Source: Polypterus senegalus
Lineage: Eukaryota
Direction: 5' to 3'
DNA length: 64,000 bases
NCBI RefSeq assembly: GCF_016835505.1
Contig: NC_053155.1
Span: 74,788,088-74,852,087, forward strand
The position numbers were made by a program, and so were the translations under genes. This document shows, one piece after another, positions 27,084 to 38,465 of the stretch. The first letter of the stretch is position 1. The number at the start of each line of letters is the position of its first letter. The notes beneath the pieces were generated by a model. The model did no database searches. It was not told the DNA's origin and was given only the letters and a program-made list of their open reading frames with translations.

Positions 27084-29535
27084 GTGTGCATACTATTTTA
27101 ATTAATTATTCTCTCTCTCTCTCTGTGTATATCTGTGTGTATCTGTCTTCGAGTCCCAGTGTCTCTGCAACAGCAGTGAACTTCTTGGCAAGTCTTTCAG
27201 CTGTATGTATGGCTATACAGGGCTCCAGACTAATAAAAAGATTACTTGGGAGCATTCAGCAGTAATTACTTTTTTTTTAGTCATCAAAGTATACAAAAAA
27301 ATGTAATTCATGTTAACAGAATGTTTGCACTTTAAGTGAAATACCTCCAGTAAACGTAATACTTGCAATGTCATTATTATAAATTCTGTTCATTTTAAGT
27401 AGCAAGATTTGTGGAATGTATTTTGTGGACAGTCGTTCCTTGCATACAATCTTATTTAAATTTTGTTTACAGATCTTTAAATTTCTCTTTAGGGGAACAC
27501 TTTGCAATTACACAATCACAAGCACTTTTATACTTTTGGCAGTCTCTGGTTTTACCTTTTTTGAAATGATTAATCCTATTCAAAGGGTCTTTGTACTTGC
27601 ATCTTCCTGATTGGGTATACAACTAAAGTTGCAATACATCACATGTGTAACTTTATCATTCCTAAGCTAAGTAAATTCCTGATGCTATTTACTTCTAAAG
27701 TGCTGTTCAGGCCTGTTGAACAATGAATTGCTCAAATTAGATGCGTATTCAGATTCCATGTTGTCAATAATTGCATTAAGCTTGCCATGTTAAATCTGAG
27801 GATCAATTACAGTAGACAAAGAGCCATCAGACGAAGTATCGAAGCCTAATTTTATACTTCACTATTATTAGATCATCATCTAGCATGTTAAAGGTTTTCA
27901 TTAGGGATGATCTGGTCAGGTTTTTTTTTTTTTTTTAGGCCAGTGCCAATTTCATGTTACTGAATTGGCTAATTCTGACAGTTTTTTTTTTTTTTGTTGT
28001 TGTCACAAACCCTATAAAACACTTTCTGCACTAAGCTTCTGCATATCCAGGCTCATAGAATCCTTATCTTCTATATTAAAGTGTTAACTTCAGTGGTGTT
28101 ATAATTTAAACTATTATTATTTTAACTGTAGATTTTATTATTAGAAAAATTAAATTCTGCAGGCTCATTGCTCAGTGACCATAAAATACTATAACAAATA
28201 AAATTTCCTTTAAATATGTACAGAAATATTTATCCATAATGCATATGCCATAAAAGAAAATGCTATTCTGTTTAATTTTTTCTGTAATATACCTGTCTGA
28301 AACACAGCTTAATTAAAAAAAAAAAAAAAGTTTTCACCATTTCTCTAACAAAACAAATGTATGTATATCCTCACACAGTTGATTAAGCAGCAATTTAAAA
28401 TTCTTCTTTATCTTTTTCTAATTGAAAATGTAAGGTTCTATATTTAACACAAGCTTGCTGTCCAAACTCTGTTGCACAGGGTGACTTCACCAATTCCCTT
28501 TTCTTTAACATAAAGGCTGATATAACCATCTTCTCTTGCTTGCGCTTTCTCTCTGATAAAGTATGACTTGACTTGCTTCTCTTTGTTTACACTACAGATG
28601 TTTGCTTTAACAAAAGAAGACTGTACTGACTCACCTACCCTAATACTTCACATAAAGGAGCACTGCAACCTAATTACTGTAAAGCTTAGGAAAGCAGGGT
28701 CTCAAAAGATTGCTTTTTGTGATCTGCCGATCACCGATCGAGTATCTGGAGTAAAAGGTGTTAGAGATATCATTAAATAATGGCAGATAAAAATTTGATC
28801 ACACATCAACTCAAAAAATTAAAATGTGTTTCAGTCACTAATGCTGACTGAACTTAAAACTTTGAAAATTCATAGTTTTTTTTTTTTTTTTATTTTGGTT
28901 ACAGTCTCCTTCTATGAAAATTTTGTGCCTAATACCATTGACTTCATCTATGTCGTGGGATATTATTTTTATATAAAATTCATTTGTTGTCCCGAGTGTG
29001 ATCTCATTAGCTGTTGACAGCATAGCTTTCCACTCTTGTATCTTCTCAGTAAAATGTTTTCTCTAAAGGTGGTGAAAGTGCTTTTAGATAGAAGGCTGTA
29101 TCCTGATTCAAGATAATTGATTAGCAAACGAAACCCTTTCCTTCAGCTGCGGTGATCAACAACATCTTTGTATCATTTCACTATCTTTGAACATAAGAAA
29201 TGTCACAAATGAGAAGAGATCTGATTACCAGTTTTTACAGTTTCTGCTTGATAGTAAATGGTAGGTTATTTGGAATGTCTGACTTTGAAAGAAATTTGGT
29301 ATTTCAGTGGAGTGTTTCTTTAACACATTCTCAAACCATACATTGTTATGCTTAAGCTCTTAATGGAAGTTCATAAAACATCATTTAATCCTTAACATTC
29401 CTAATGATTCCTAATGATCTGTTCACCTTTCCACCCAGAGATATTTAAAAATTATTTAATACTTTTCATTGTTTGGTAAATATTGTTACTTGTGGCTTTT
29501 TTCTTACAATTAATATGCATTTTTTCCCCTCTTAG

Positions 29536-29650
29536 AGCAAGGCTGAGAAGTCTAAACCAGCAAAAGATACATCTGTTTCTAAAGCACCACCAGAAAAGAT
29601 TGATAAAAGCATCGCAGAGTCAAAATGTCTGGAAATAAGACAGCCTGAAA
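29536..29650 (+). CDS. mphosph8: mpp8 exon 4
   Basis: Strong polypyrimidine tract and cttag acceptor. SKAEKSKPAKDTSVSKAPPEKIDKSIAESKCLEIRQPE(S) then gtaagc. Starts in phase 0, ends in phase 1. Confidence 0.65.
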
Positions 29651-30829
29651 GTAAGCATGTGTTATTAGTTTTTCCTTTTTTGAATATGTGTGAATTGTCT
29701 GTAATTTATTTTGTGTCTAGAATGCAATTCACTTTTCTTTCAGTCTGCTTGTTCTGGTGAGATTTGTGGTTGAGCAGGACAGACCAGACCAGCCTATCCA
29801 CAATAGCTTCTTCTAGCTTCTATTTCCCATGAGCTTCCAGACAAGTTTATATCACTTTGTGACTTTTCCAGCGATTTTCAATTGTAGCCTACATTCACAT
29901 AATCTTTAAGTTTCAGAGGCAGTTGGTGACACACTTCTGTGAAACCGAATGCTAAATGTGACATAGCCAGACACTGAGGCCAACTGGTCTTTGACTTGCA
30001 ACAATAAAATCAAATTTTGTCTTTGGTCAGAAAAGCAAGCTGTCTGTGAAGGAGAGCTGAAAACCAATGAATGCTAATCTTGGAATTACAATGAATAGTA
30101 TGTAGTGACAAGGAATAAGAAACTTTTATTTTGAACCTCACCAATAGAAGAGAAGCCTGTCTGTTTCAAAATGGTAAAAAAGAAAAGGGCCAAGATTGCA
30201 GCTGAACTTACTGCAGCTGTTAACCCTTTGTACAGCATCAGGCAACCCAGGGGCTGTTGATCTCACAAACAGAAGAGAAGCTCTTCTGTCTGATTTTTCA
30301 TATTTTACATACTATAACAGAAGGGAACAAAAAAAATAAAGGGCCGAGATTGTTAACTTTCCACTGCTGTTAACTTTTCAAACAGCACATGCTTCTTCAG
30401 GTCACACGCTTTTGGCTGTCAAGAAAAGAGTTATGCATAACTGTGCTGGAATATTAATGCACAGTCAGTAAATGTGACATTGGCTGCGTTTTTCAGTCGT
30501 GTAATTTGACATTGGTTCCGTGGCAAGATCAGCAACTGCAGTCGGTAGATCCGACATACCCCACGATAAAAAGTTATGTAATCTGACGTTGGCTTTAAGT
30601 ACATTTTCAACCACATCACCTGGCTAGTGTCAATTTGAATAAGCAACACTTCTACTTAGAGGTTTCTCTGTACTTGTGTGTTTCTTGCCCTGTCATCAAA
30701 AGGGAGCCAGCACAAAAATCATATCTCTGGCTGCTTGCACTTAGGATCTTGGGTTATTACCTAATTCTATTTTTCATAGGTATGAGTGGGTATGTAGACT
30801 GACCAAAAAATCAATTTTGCCTGAGAGCT

Positions 30830-31460
30830 TTATCTCCACCGCCACAATAACTCACAATTTTCTTCAATTAAATACCAATAAAACTGAGGTGCTCCTCATT
30901 GGTTGTAAATCTACACTCGCTAAGGTTAACCATTATTCTTTTTTTAATTAACAACATTAACACAAAGGTCTCTTCCCAGGTTAAGAGCCTGGGTATCATT
31001 CTAGACAGTACCCTCTCTTTTTCTTCCCATATAAGTAGTGTTTCTTGGACTGCCTTCTTCTATCTCTGAAACATTTCTAGTCTTCGTTCTGTTCTTGCAC
31101 AATACAGTCCTGAAGTATTGGCTAATGCCCTAGTCACTTCATGTGAAGATTACTGTAATGCTATTCTATCTGGCATCCCACAAAAACGTATCCATCACTT
31201 ACAGCTTCTTCAAAATTCTGCTGCTAGGATAATAACCTGTTCTAAATCCACTGAACATATTATAACTCAACTTTACTGGCTCCCTATTTACTACCAAATA
31301 CAATACAAAATACTGGTCTTAACATTTAAAGCTCTCCACAACCTCTCTCCTGCCTACCTTACTGATCTCCTACAGACTTGCACTCCCGCTCGCTCACTCA
31401 GTACCACATTTAGATAGATACTTTATTAATCTCAAGGGGAAATTCACAAATTCACATTTG
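30830..31460 (+). mobile_element. Non-LTR retrotransposon (L2/CR1-like) 3' fragment: ORF2 C-terminus plus 3'UTR
   Basis: …KTEVLLIG… then ORF 31118-31417: LVTSCEDYCNAILSGIPQKRIHHLQLLQNSAARIITCSKSTEHIITQLYWLPIYYQIQYKILVLTFKALHNLSPAYLTDLLQ, the conserved LINE ORF2 tail seen across fish. The 3' tail gatagatactttattaatctcaaggggaaat recurs at 20250-20300. Confidence 0.6.
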
Positions 31461-32195
31461 CAGCATTACTTTCTGTACCACGCATCAAACTCAGTTGTAT
31501 GTGAGCTTGAGCGTCCTCTCGTAGTGCTCCGCTCCTCAACTCTGGAATTCTCTTCCCTCTCATATCCGTCAACTGGACTCAATAACACATTTTTAAACTG
31601 CCTTCAAAACGTATCTTTTCAAACTGGCATACCAATTATTAATTTAACATTGTTACTGCCTGTTATCTTTGTATGTTTGCTACTACCTCTATACCTTATT
31701 ACTATTTGATTTTATTGTCCTCTTTGTTTTTATATTTTACTAATGTTATTTAATTTCATTGTAAGGTGACCTTGAGTGTTAAAGGTACCTGTTAAATGTT
31801 TTATTATTAATGCTATTCAAAGTCTGTACAATTTCTGCTGCTACTCGGATTCATTGTCCAATCTTATCAGCTGTACAATAACTCATGAAGAAGACCTCTC
31901 GACTTTCTTGATTGCCTCTACTTGCCCTTTTCTTAAAGAGACCAAGCCACTACCTTTTTTTGGAGAAGACCATGACCTCAGATTTGGAGGTACTAGTTGG
32001 CATCCATACAACGTCTTACTCTGCTACAAATTGTTCGCACCAGAAATTTTCTGGTCATGGACAATATGATTTCTTAGCAGTAATATCATTGTTGCTATGT
32101 ATACTAAACACCATCTTGCATCATCAAGTATGTACAGTGGGTACGGAAAGTATTCAGACCCCCTTCAATTTTTCACTCTTTTTCACTGTAAGGTC

Positions 32196-33986
32196 CATTC
32201 CTTACAGCTTACTTACAAAAATTAAGCAGGTTTCATTTTGAAATACTACGCGTAACGGTCAACAACGTCCGCCATATTGAACTTTCTTATTCATGGCCCC
32301 ATCTTCACGAAATTTGGTACGTGGCTTCCCTGCGCTAACGAAACCAATGTACATACTTATTTGGTGGTATGGCGCCACTGTCAGCCGCCATATTGAACTT
32401 TCCAACGTCACTAATTCTCCTACTTCCCGTGTAGGTAAAAGGCTGAAATTTGGTACTTATTTCAGTGGTATGATGCCACTGTCGGCCGCCACATTGAACT
32501 TTTAACGGAAACCGATGCCCGTACTTATTTCGTTGGTATGACACCACTGTCGGCTGCCATATTGAACTTTCCAACGTCACTAATTCTCCAACTTCTTGTG
32601 GATGTAGAAGGCTGAAATTTGGCAGGCTCATTCCTTACAGCTTACTTATGACAGTTAAGCAGGTTTCATTTCGAAATTCTACGTGTAATGGTCATAACGG
32701 TCAACAACGTACACCATGTTGAACTTTCTTATTTATGGCCCCATCTTCTCGAAATTTGGTAGGCGGCTTCCCTGAGCTAACCGAAACTAATGACGTACTT
32801 GTTTCGGTGGTATGATGCCACTGTCGGCCGCCATATTGAACTTTTCAATAGTCTTTGTTACTTATGGGCCCATCTTCAAGAAATTTGGTACACGGGTTCC
32901 CAACGCTAACTGAATCCTACTTGCGTACATATATACGTCCATAGCCTGCAGCTCGGTCACCGTGAGGCGGCATTGGGTCCCCCAACCCAACGCCTCCCAT
33001 GTTGTTGGCTGCCTGCCTATATAAGACCGTTCGTCGCTCCGGTCTCTACATTCCCTTCCTTGCTTCGCCATGGGATTCATGTCTCCCTACTGATAACTAC
33101 AGCCTTTTTGTTTAATCCACGGCTTCTCTGCTGTTTTATTGTTTGTTTATTACAATTATAGTTATTGTGTAGATATTTTACACTTACTTTACATTGCTCA
33201 GGTACCCATCTCCTTTATCATTCCAACCCCCATTACCATGTCTATCGAGATGATCATATTGCACGGCCATATCAGGCTCGCGCTTGATATCCGGAGGAAC
33301 ATTGTGTCTTATGTATTGAATGACTGGGACAGGTTCAAGGTGTGGACTGATGACAGTACAGGAGATAATTATACTACACAGGAGCACTATAAGAGTGAAA
33401 TGCTTAAGCCCTTCACCTATGGTTCTGCATGTGAGTTGATGGCTGCCACTGAATTGTTCGGTTGTTGCTTTCAAGTGTACCAAAATGGCCAAATATTTTA
33501 CACCTTTCGACAACCGCCAATGCCTCTTAAACATCTTAGATTCACAGGTGACGATTTCAGAAGTGGACACTTTTTGATGTTTATGAATGTTTAAACTCTT
33601 CAAAAGCTGGATGTGATTTTATCGATGAAACCGGTTGTGTGCTTACAATGCTTGACAGATGCCAAATGTCACTTCAACACAACAAATCCTGCAAATACTG
33701 TCATAATTGAAACAAACCATGAAACTCGAGCTGCCTCCAAGCTGTGAGATTTGAGACAAGATTACTGTTCACATGGCCAACTGTAAGTTGCATGCTCAAG
33801 AGTAAGCTCAGCGCAAAGCTTGGTCATGTTACAACTGGAGGGCCGAACTGACAACATGGTATACAAAGAGATCCTTAACAAATAATTATTGGCATATTTT
33901 CCCTTAGTTTTAAAAGGTTTAATTTTCTTCTTAATAAAAATTTTAATGCAGTACTTCGCTGTTGCGAAGCGCGGGTATTTTGCTAG
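32196..33986 (+). mobile_element. Helitron-like composite non-autonomous element, copy 1 (5'-truncated)
   Basis: Left edge abuts a truncated Tc1 TIR (cagtgggtacggaaagtattcagaccccc, 32135-32195). Contains tandem ~150-bp sub-repeats (32290-32930), TATA (cctatataagacc ~33013), a leader, the OTU-like ORF, and the 3' end …cttcgctgttgcgaagcgcgggtattttgCTAG|T. Confidence 0.45.
33238..33594 (+). CDS. OTU-like cysteine-protease-fold ORF (118 aa from the ATG); the catalytic Cys motif is absent
   Basis: MSIEMIILHGHIRLALDIRRNIVSYVLNDWDRFKVWTDDSTGDNYTTQEHYKSEMLKPFTYGSACELMAATELFGCCFQVYQNGQIFYTFRQPPMPLKHLRFTGDDFRSGHFLMF follows the OTU topology (…H..lR..vv.Y…F..F… / Y…M…g.wGg.iEl.A..e….I.vy / …HY…). The position of DGNCLF reads HGHIRL. 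Confidence 0.4.
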   Translation: MSIEMIILHGHIRLALDIRRNIVSYVLNDWDRFKVWTDDSTGDNYTTQEHYKSEMLKPFTYGSACELMAATELFGCCFQVYQNGQIFYTFRQPPMPLKHLRFTGDDFRSGHFLMFMNV

Positions 33987-34129
33987 TGTATATATAAATG
34001 TGGATATATACTGAGTGATCAACACATTTTGAGCCTGATGTATTATGAGAAACATAGAAAAATCTTTGTTTTTTTTATCTTCTGTAACTGACTGACTTTT
34101 TCCATTGTTTGTATGGTGTGCTGTGTGAG

Positions 34130-34330
34130 GTAGCTGCTCAGACTAGAGAAAATATGGTATTTACACTGAGCAAAGGTCTGGTGAATAGGATGGGTAAGGC
34201 ATATTTAGCACCTCATGGCACCCTTTGCAACCTGTGCACTGTAAGCATTGACATGAGGTAGGTAGAAGATGAGTCATAGATTTCTTGGCTGCTTTTCCCT
34301 TTATTAACTACCATTAGACCAAGCAACTCG
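34130..34330 (+). repeat. Unclassified ~200-bp repeat, copy a
   Basis: …cagactagagaaaatatggtatttacactgagcaaaggtctggtgaata…gcttttccctttattaactac… is shared with 36555-36740. Confidence 0.4.
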
Positions 34331-34454
34331 GCACAATATTTAGCAGATTTTGTGAATTTTTAGCTCCGTGTTGACTTGGTTCAGAAACAGAAGTACATAC
34401 TAGAAATCAAAAATAGTAAAAAAAAAATAATAAATAAATTAACCTATTTACTTG

Positions 34455-35641
34455 TCTATACTAATAAAAGGCAAAGCCCTCACTAACTCATTCATCACTA
34501 ATTCTCCAACTTCCCATGTAGGTAGAAGGCTGAAATTTGTCAGGCTCATTCCTTACAGGTTACTTACAAAAGTTAAGCAGGTTTCATTTCGAAATTCTAC
34601 GCGTAACGGTCATAACTGAATACTACTTGCGTACATGTATACATCCATAGCCTGCAGCTCGGTTGCGGTGTGAGGCGACGTTATGTCCCCCATCCCCACG
34701 CCTCCCACGTAGTTGGCTGCCTGCCTATATTGCGTCCCCCATCCCCACGCCTCCCATGTAATTGGCTGCCTGCCCATATAAGACTGTCCGTCGCTCCGGT
34801 CTCTTCATTCCCATCCTTGCTTCGCCATGGTATTCATGTCTCCCTGCTGATAACTGCAGCCTTTTTATTTAATCCACGGCTTCTCCGCTGTTTTATTGTT
34901 TGTTTATTACAATTATAGTTATTGTGTAGGTATTTTAGACTTAGTTTACTGTTCAGATACCCATTTCCTTTACCGTTCCAACCGTACCCCCATTAACATG
35001 TCTATCGAGGTGATCACCATCGATCAAAGAACTGTCACTTACTGAAACTCAAACCAATTATGACAGCAGCAATCCAAGCTGTGAGAAAACAGTAAAAAGG
35101 AGGCGTGTCAGACGTCGTGGTACATTTTCTGATGCAACTAGACGGAAACAACTTCGTGACGCTGCCTCCAAATACTCGCAGAACAATCCAAGTTAATAGA
35201 CACGCTGTCGCTAAATACTTGCAGGCATATCCACAAGTTCATAGAGACGCTGTCGCTAAATACTTGCAGGCAGATCCACAAGTTCCTAGACACGCAGCTG
35301 CTAAATATCTGCAGGCAAGTTCACAAGTTAATACTGGGAATGCCTGTTAAACATCTTAGATTCACGAGTAGCGATTTGGGTAGTGAACACTTCGATGAAT
35401 GAAACCTGTTATCTTTACAACGGTTGACAAACACAGAATGCAACTTGAACACAACATGTCCTCCAAATACGAACCTGATTGAAAGAAATGATAATCAAAT
35501 CCTTGATGACAGCAACACTCATAAGTGACAAAACAATTACATTAACAATCATGTTACGTTATTTTTAAAATGTTTCCTTTTCTTTTTCATAACTTCTTTA
35601 ACACACTACTTCTCTGCTGCGAAGCGTGGGTATTTTGCTAG
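34455..35641 (+). mobile_element. Helitron-like composite non-autonomous element, copy 2 (complete ends)
   Basis: 5' TCtatactaataaaaggcaaagccctcac…(tgac/tcat)…cactaattctccaacttccc…ggcaggctcattccttacag…gcgtaacggtcataactg. TATA (cccatataagactgtcc ~34785), a leader, three 42-bp tandem repeats (35190-35340), and 3' …ctgctgcgaagcgtgggtattttgCTAG|T. Confidence 0.45.
35190..35340 (+). repeat. 3 x 42-bp tandem repeat inside copy 2; translates as (N/H)R(H/D)AVAKYLQA(Y/D)PQV. A divergent version lies in copy 4
   Basis: atccacaagttcatagagacgctgtcgctaaatacttgcaggca repeated. ORF 35105-35350 is a by-product of the repeat. Confidence 0.6.
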
Positions 35642-35804
35642 TCTTTTATATAATGTGTGTATGTATATGATATATGTGCATTGTGCAATGGAGAGAGATT
35701 AATATAGACATGCCAAGTAGTGTGTGTGTGTGTCTGTATATACTATAATAATGATCACAAGTAGTTTTCTCCTTTCTGACTGAAAAACTGTTTGGTTTTA
35801 TACA

Positions 35805-36044
35805 GGTAAAGTATTAAAGAGTGCTTTTGACATTGAAAGGAGCCCGTCTCAAGAAAATGAAGAATCCAAAGATAAAAGAGACTCTCCAAGGTCTGACCAT
35901 ATAGAAGAGGCTGTATCAAAATGGACTGAAAGTAGTCCACTGGAAAGGCAACGAAAGAGAGAGGACAGTGAACCTCGTCTTTATATTGCCTGTGATGACA
36001 CCTATGATGTACAGGATACAAGTATGAAAGCAGAAAAACCTACT
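35805..36044 (+). CDS. mphosph8: mpp8 exon 5
   Basis: acag acceptor. (S)KVLKSAFDIERSPSQENEESKDKRDSPRSDHIEEAVSKWTESSPLERQRKREDSEPRLYIACDDTYDVQDTSMKAEKPT then gtatgc. Human has KEIRNAFDL… and …DTWAYIAAEGDQEV. Phases are consistent. Confidence 0.7.
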
Positions 36045-36297
36045 GGTATGCTATAGCATCTTTTTGGGGGGATGGCAACTGCCAGTTAAACTTTTTGAAA
36101 ATGTATACGATTATTAGCTGAGTCATCTAATTTATAGAAAACATTATAACCCTTAAACTTGTTGAATTTAGTACACAGTTTTTGTTAGTATTGGAATGCT
36201 TTTTTATGTACAGTATTGGTTTCCTTTCCGGTGTAAAGAATCCCAAAATTCAAGAACTCTGGAAATAATGTATTTGTTTACATAGTACTGCTAGAAC

Positions 36298-36427
36298 TGT
36301 GGTGGGCTGGTGCCCTGCCCGGGGTTTGTTTCTTGCCTTGAGCCCTGTGTTGGCTGGGATTGTCTCCAGCAAACCCCCGTGACCCTGTAGTTAGGATATA
36401 GCGGGTTGGATAATGGATGGATGGATA
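36298..36427 (+). repeat. SINE 3'-tail fragment
   Basis: ggtgggctggtgccctgccc…gtctccagcaaacccccgtgaccctg…ggatggatggatag. Confidence 0.7.
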
Positions 36428-36554
36428 GTACTGTTAGAATTAAGGCTTACATTATGCAATCCAGCTGGCTTATCCCTGTGAAATGGAAAACGTAATTATC
36501 ATGGTAGTACATACTAGTTTGAACCTGGCAGAGCTGCTCATTACAATGATCTCT

Positions 36555-36740
36555 TTATTATCTCTTTTCATTGCTCAGACTGGAGAAGATATGGTAATTA
36601 CATGGAACCAAGGTCTGGTGAATATGTAGCTCCTGACGGCCTCCTTTGCAATTTGCAGTGTAAGCACTGACATGAAGTAAGAGGAAGATAGTTCAGCTTT
36701 CTTGGTTGCTTTTCCCTTTATTAACTACAGCAAAGATCAA
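36555..36740 (+). repeat. Unclassified ~200-bp repeat, copy b
   Basis: See 34130-34330. Confidence 0.4.
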
Positions 36741-37469
36741 AGCAAATCCTTAATACCTGCAGTTGAGTTTTGACAAACAATTTAAAAAAAAAAAGCCAGT
36801 GAAAGCAACTTGAAATGCAACACATGAAAGAGATATGTTAGTGGTTGTGTCAGCTGGGAACTAATTCAATAGAGAAAATACATTTTTAAAAGGAAAAGCT
36901 ACTGGTGCCACCTTTTACATGTGTTTGGTTGATACAACCATTGTTTAGTTTGTTGCTGTGTGACCCTGAGGCAGGTTCTGTTTGCTGTGATCTGTTAATT
37001 ATACAGTCTCAGTGAAGTTTGTTGTGAATCGAAAATAATTTTTACATTGTTAGCGTACATTGGGCCTTTTGTGAAAAACTTGTGTGACCTTCTGAATTTG
37101 CCCTTGTGCTGGCTTTGTTTTAGATTTGAGTTATGAGCATATTTTAATCTTCACAGCCATGGAGTGTGGCTGTTACAAGAATTCTGTTTCCAGCATATTT
37201 TTACTTTATAAGTTAACTTAATAATACAAATGCAGTTGTCTTTCAACATGGTGGTTACCATTTAAGAGGAAACCTCCTTACGTCAGAGCCAATATGCACG
37301 TTTTGATAACTGCTTACTGAAGTAGCTTCAGTTCTTATGCTCTTCCTCAAGACTACATAAACCATTCTTCTTCTAGTCTGTCTGTAACAAGTCATTGTTT
37401 GGATGCCAAATTAGGTATGCTATGCTAGATGGACACTAGTTACTTTTAACAAGGACTATTAAAAGAAAG

Positions 37470-38137
37470 TACAGTAATCCCTCCTCGATCGCGGGGGTTG
37501 CGCGAAAATCAATAGGGCTGTTTGGGCTTTTAAGTATGCGAAGCACCGCCGGACAAAGCAGCTGCAAGGAAGCGAGCAACGTGAAGGTAGTCTTTCAGCA
37601 TTTTTTTTTTAGAGGAGTGTCCGTATCCTCTAGCCCACTGTGCAAACAGCCCCTCTGCTCACATCCTCTCTGTCAGGAGCAGAGAATGTCCGAGAGAGTG
37701 AGAGAGACAGAGAAAAGCAAACAATCAAAAATCAATACGTGCTGTTCGGGCTTTCAAGTATGAGAAGCACCGGGCAGGAAGCATATCGTATATCATTGAG
37801 AAGTTTTTTTTAATGCATAATACGTGCTCTGATTTGGGTAGCTTCTCAGCCATCCGCCAATAGCGTCCCCTGTATGAAATCAACTGGGCAAACCAACTGG
37901 GGAAGCATGTACCATAAATTAAAAGACCCATTGTCCGCAGAAATCCGCGAACCAGCGAAAAATCCGTGATATATATTTAGATATGCTTACATTTAAAATC
38001 CGCGACAGAGTGAACACCGGTTTAAATTGCCTAAACAACGTTCGGAACATGGCGCAGCGGGAAACTGTTTAAGGGGTACCTTTTTCACTGCTACACCGCT
38101 AAACGCATACAACAGAGTACATGCGTTAGTGGAGGTG

Positions 38138-38186
<49 letters not shown>

Positions 38187-38420
38187 CTGCTACACCGCTA
38201 AACAGGCATGCAACAGAGTACATGCAGTAGTGGCGGTATTGTGCTGTGAAAATGGACTGAGAAAATTCCGAAACTGAAGGTGTAGCGGACGATAAAGTTG
38301 AACATGATGACATAGAAGAATGTTTGCTGGAAAAAGGAGTCACGTCTGTTGTCTGGAGATACTTTGGATTTTAAAGGATGTGGACCATTATGTTCAAATG
38401 TGTGCATACTGTTTCTATAC
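37470..38420. repeat. Unclassified composite repeat with internal duplications around a (GT)22 microsatellite (38136-38182)
   Basis: Duplicated gggcttt(t/c)aagtatg(c/a)gaagcaccg at 37523 and 37748; repeated aatccgcga motifs at 37940-38000; ttttcactgctacaccgctaaac…agagtacatgc…tagtgg duplicated on both sides of (GT)n. Confidence 0.4.
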
Positions 38421-38465
38421 TACTGGATAATACTGCAGCCAAATTGTGCTTGTTTTATTTTTTTT

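Noticed and set aside
25925-27101. Alternative-frame and antisense ORFs (26086-26274 +, 26701-26988 +, 26711-27091 -, 25925-26425 -)
   Set aside because: They overlap the K/E/S-rich low-complexity mpp8 exon 3, whose correct frame is fixed by phase continuity with exons 2 and 4 and by similarity to human MPP8. The others are by-products of low complexity.
35105-35350. 81-aa ORF with NRHAVAKYLQA… repeats as a genuine protein
   Set aside because: The periodicity is exactly that of a 42-bp DNA tandem repeat, and the element copy lacks an upstream start in context. Treated as a DNA repeat rather than a gene.
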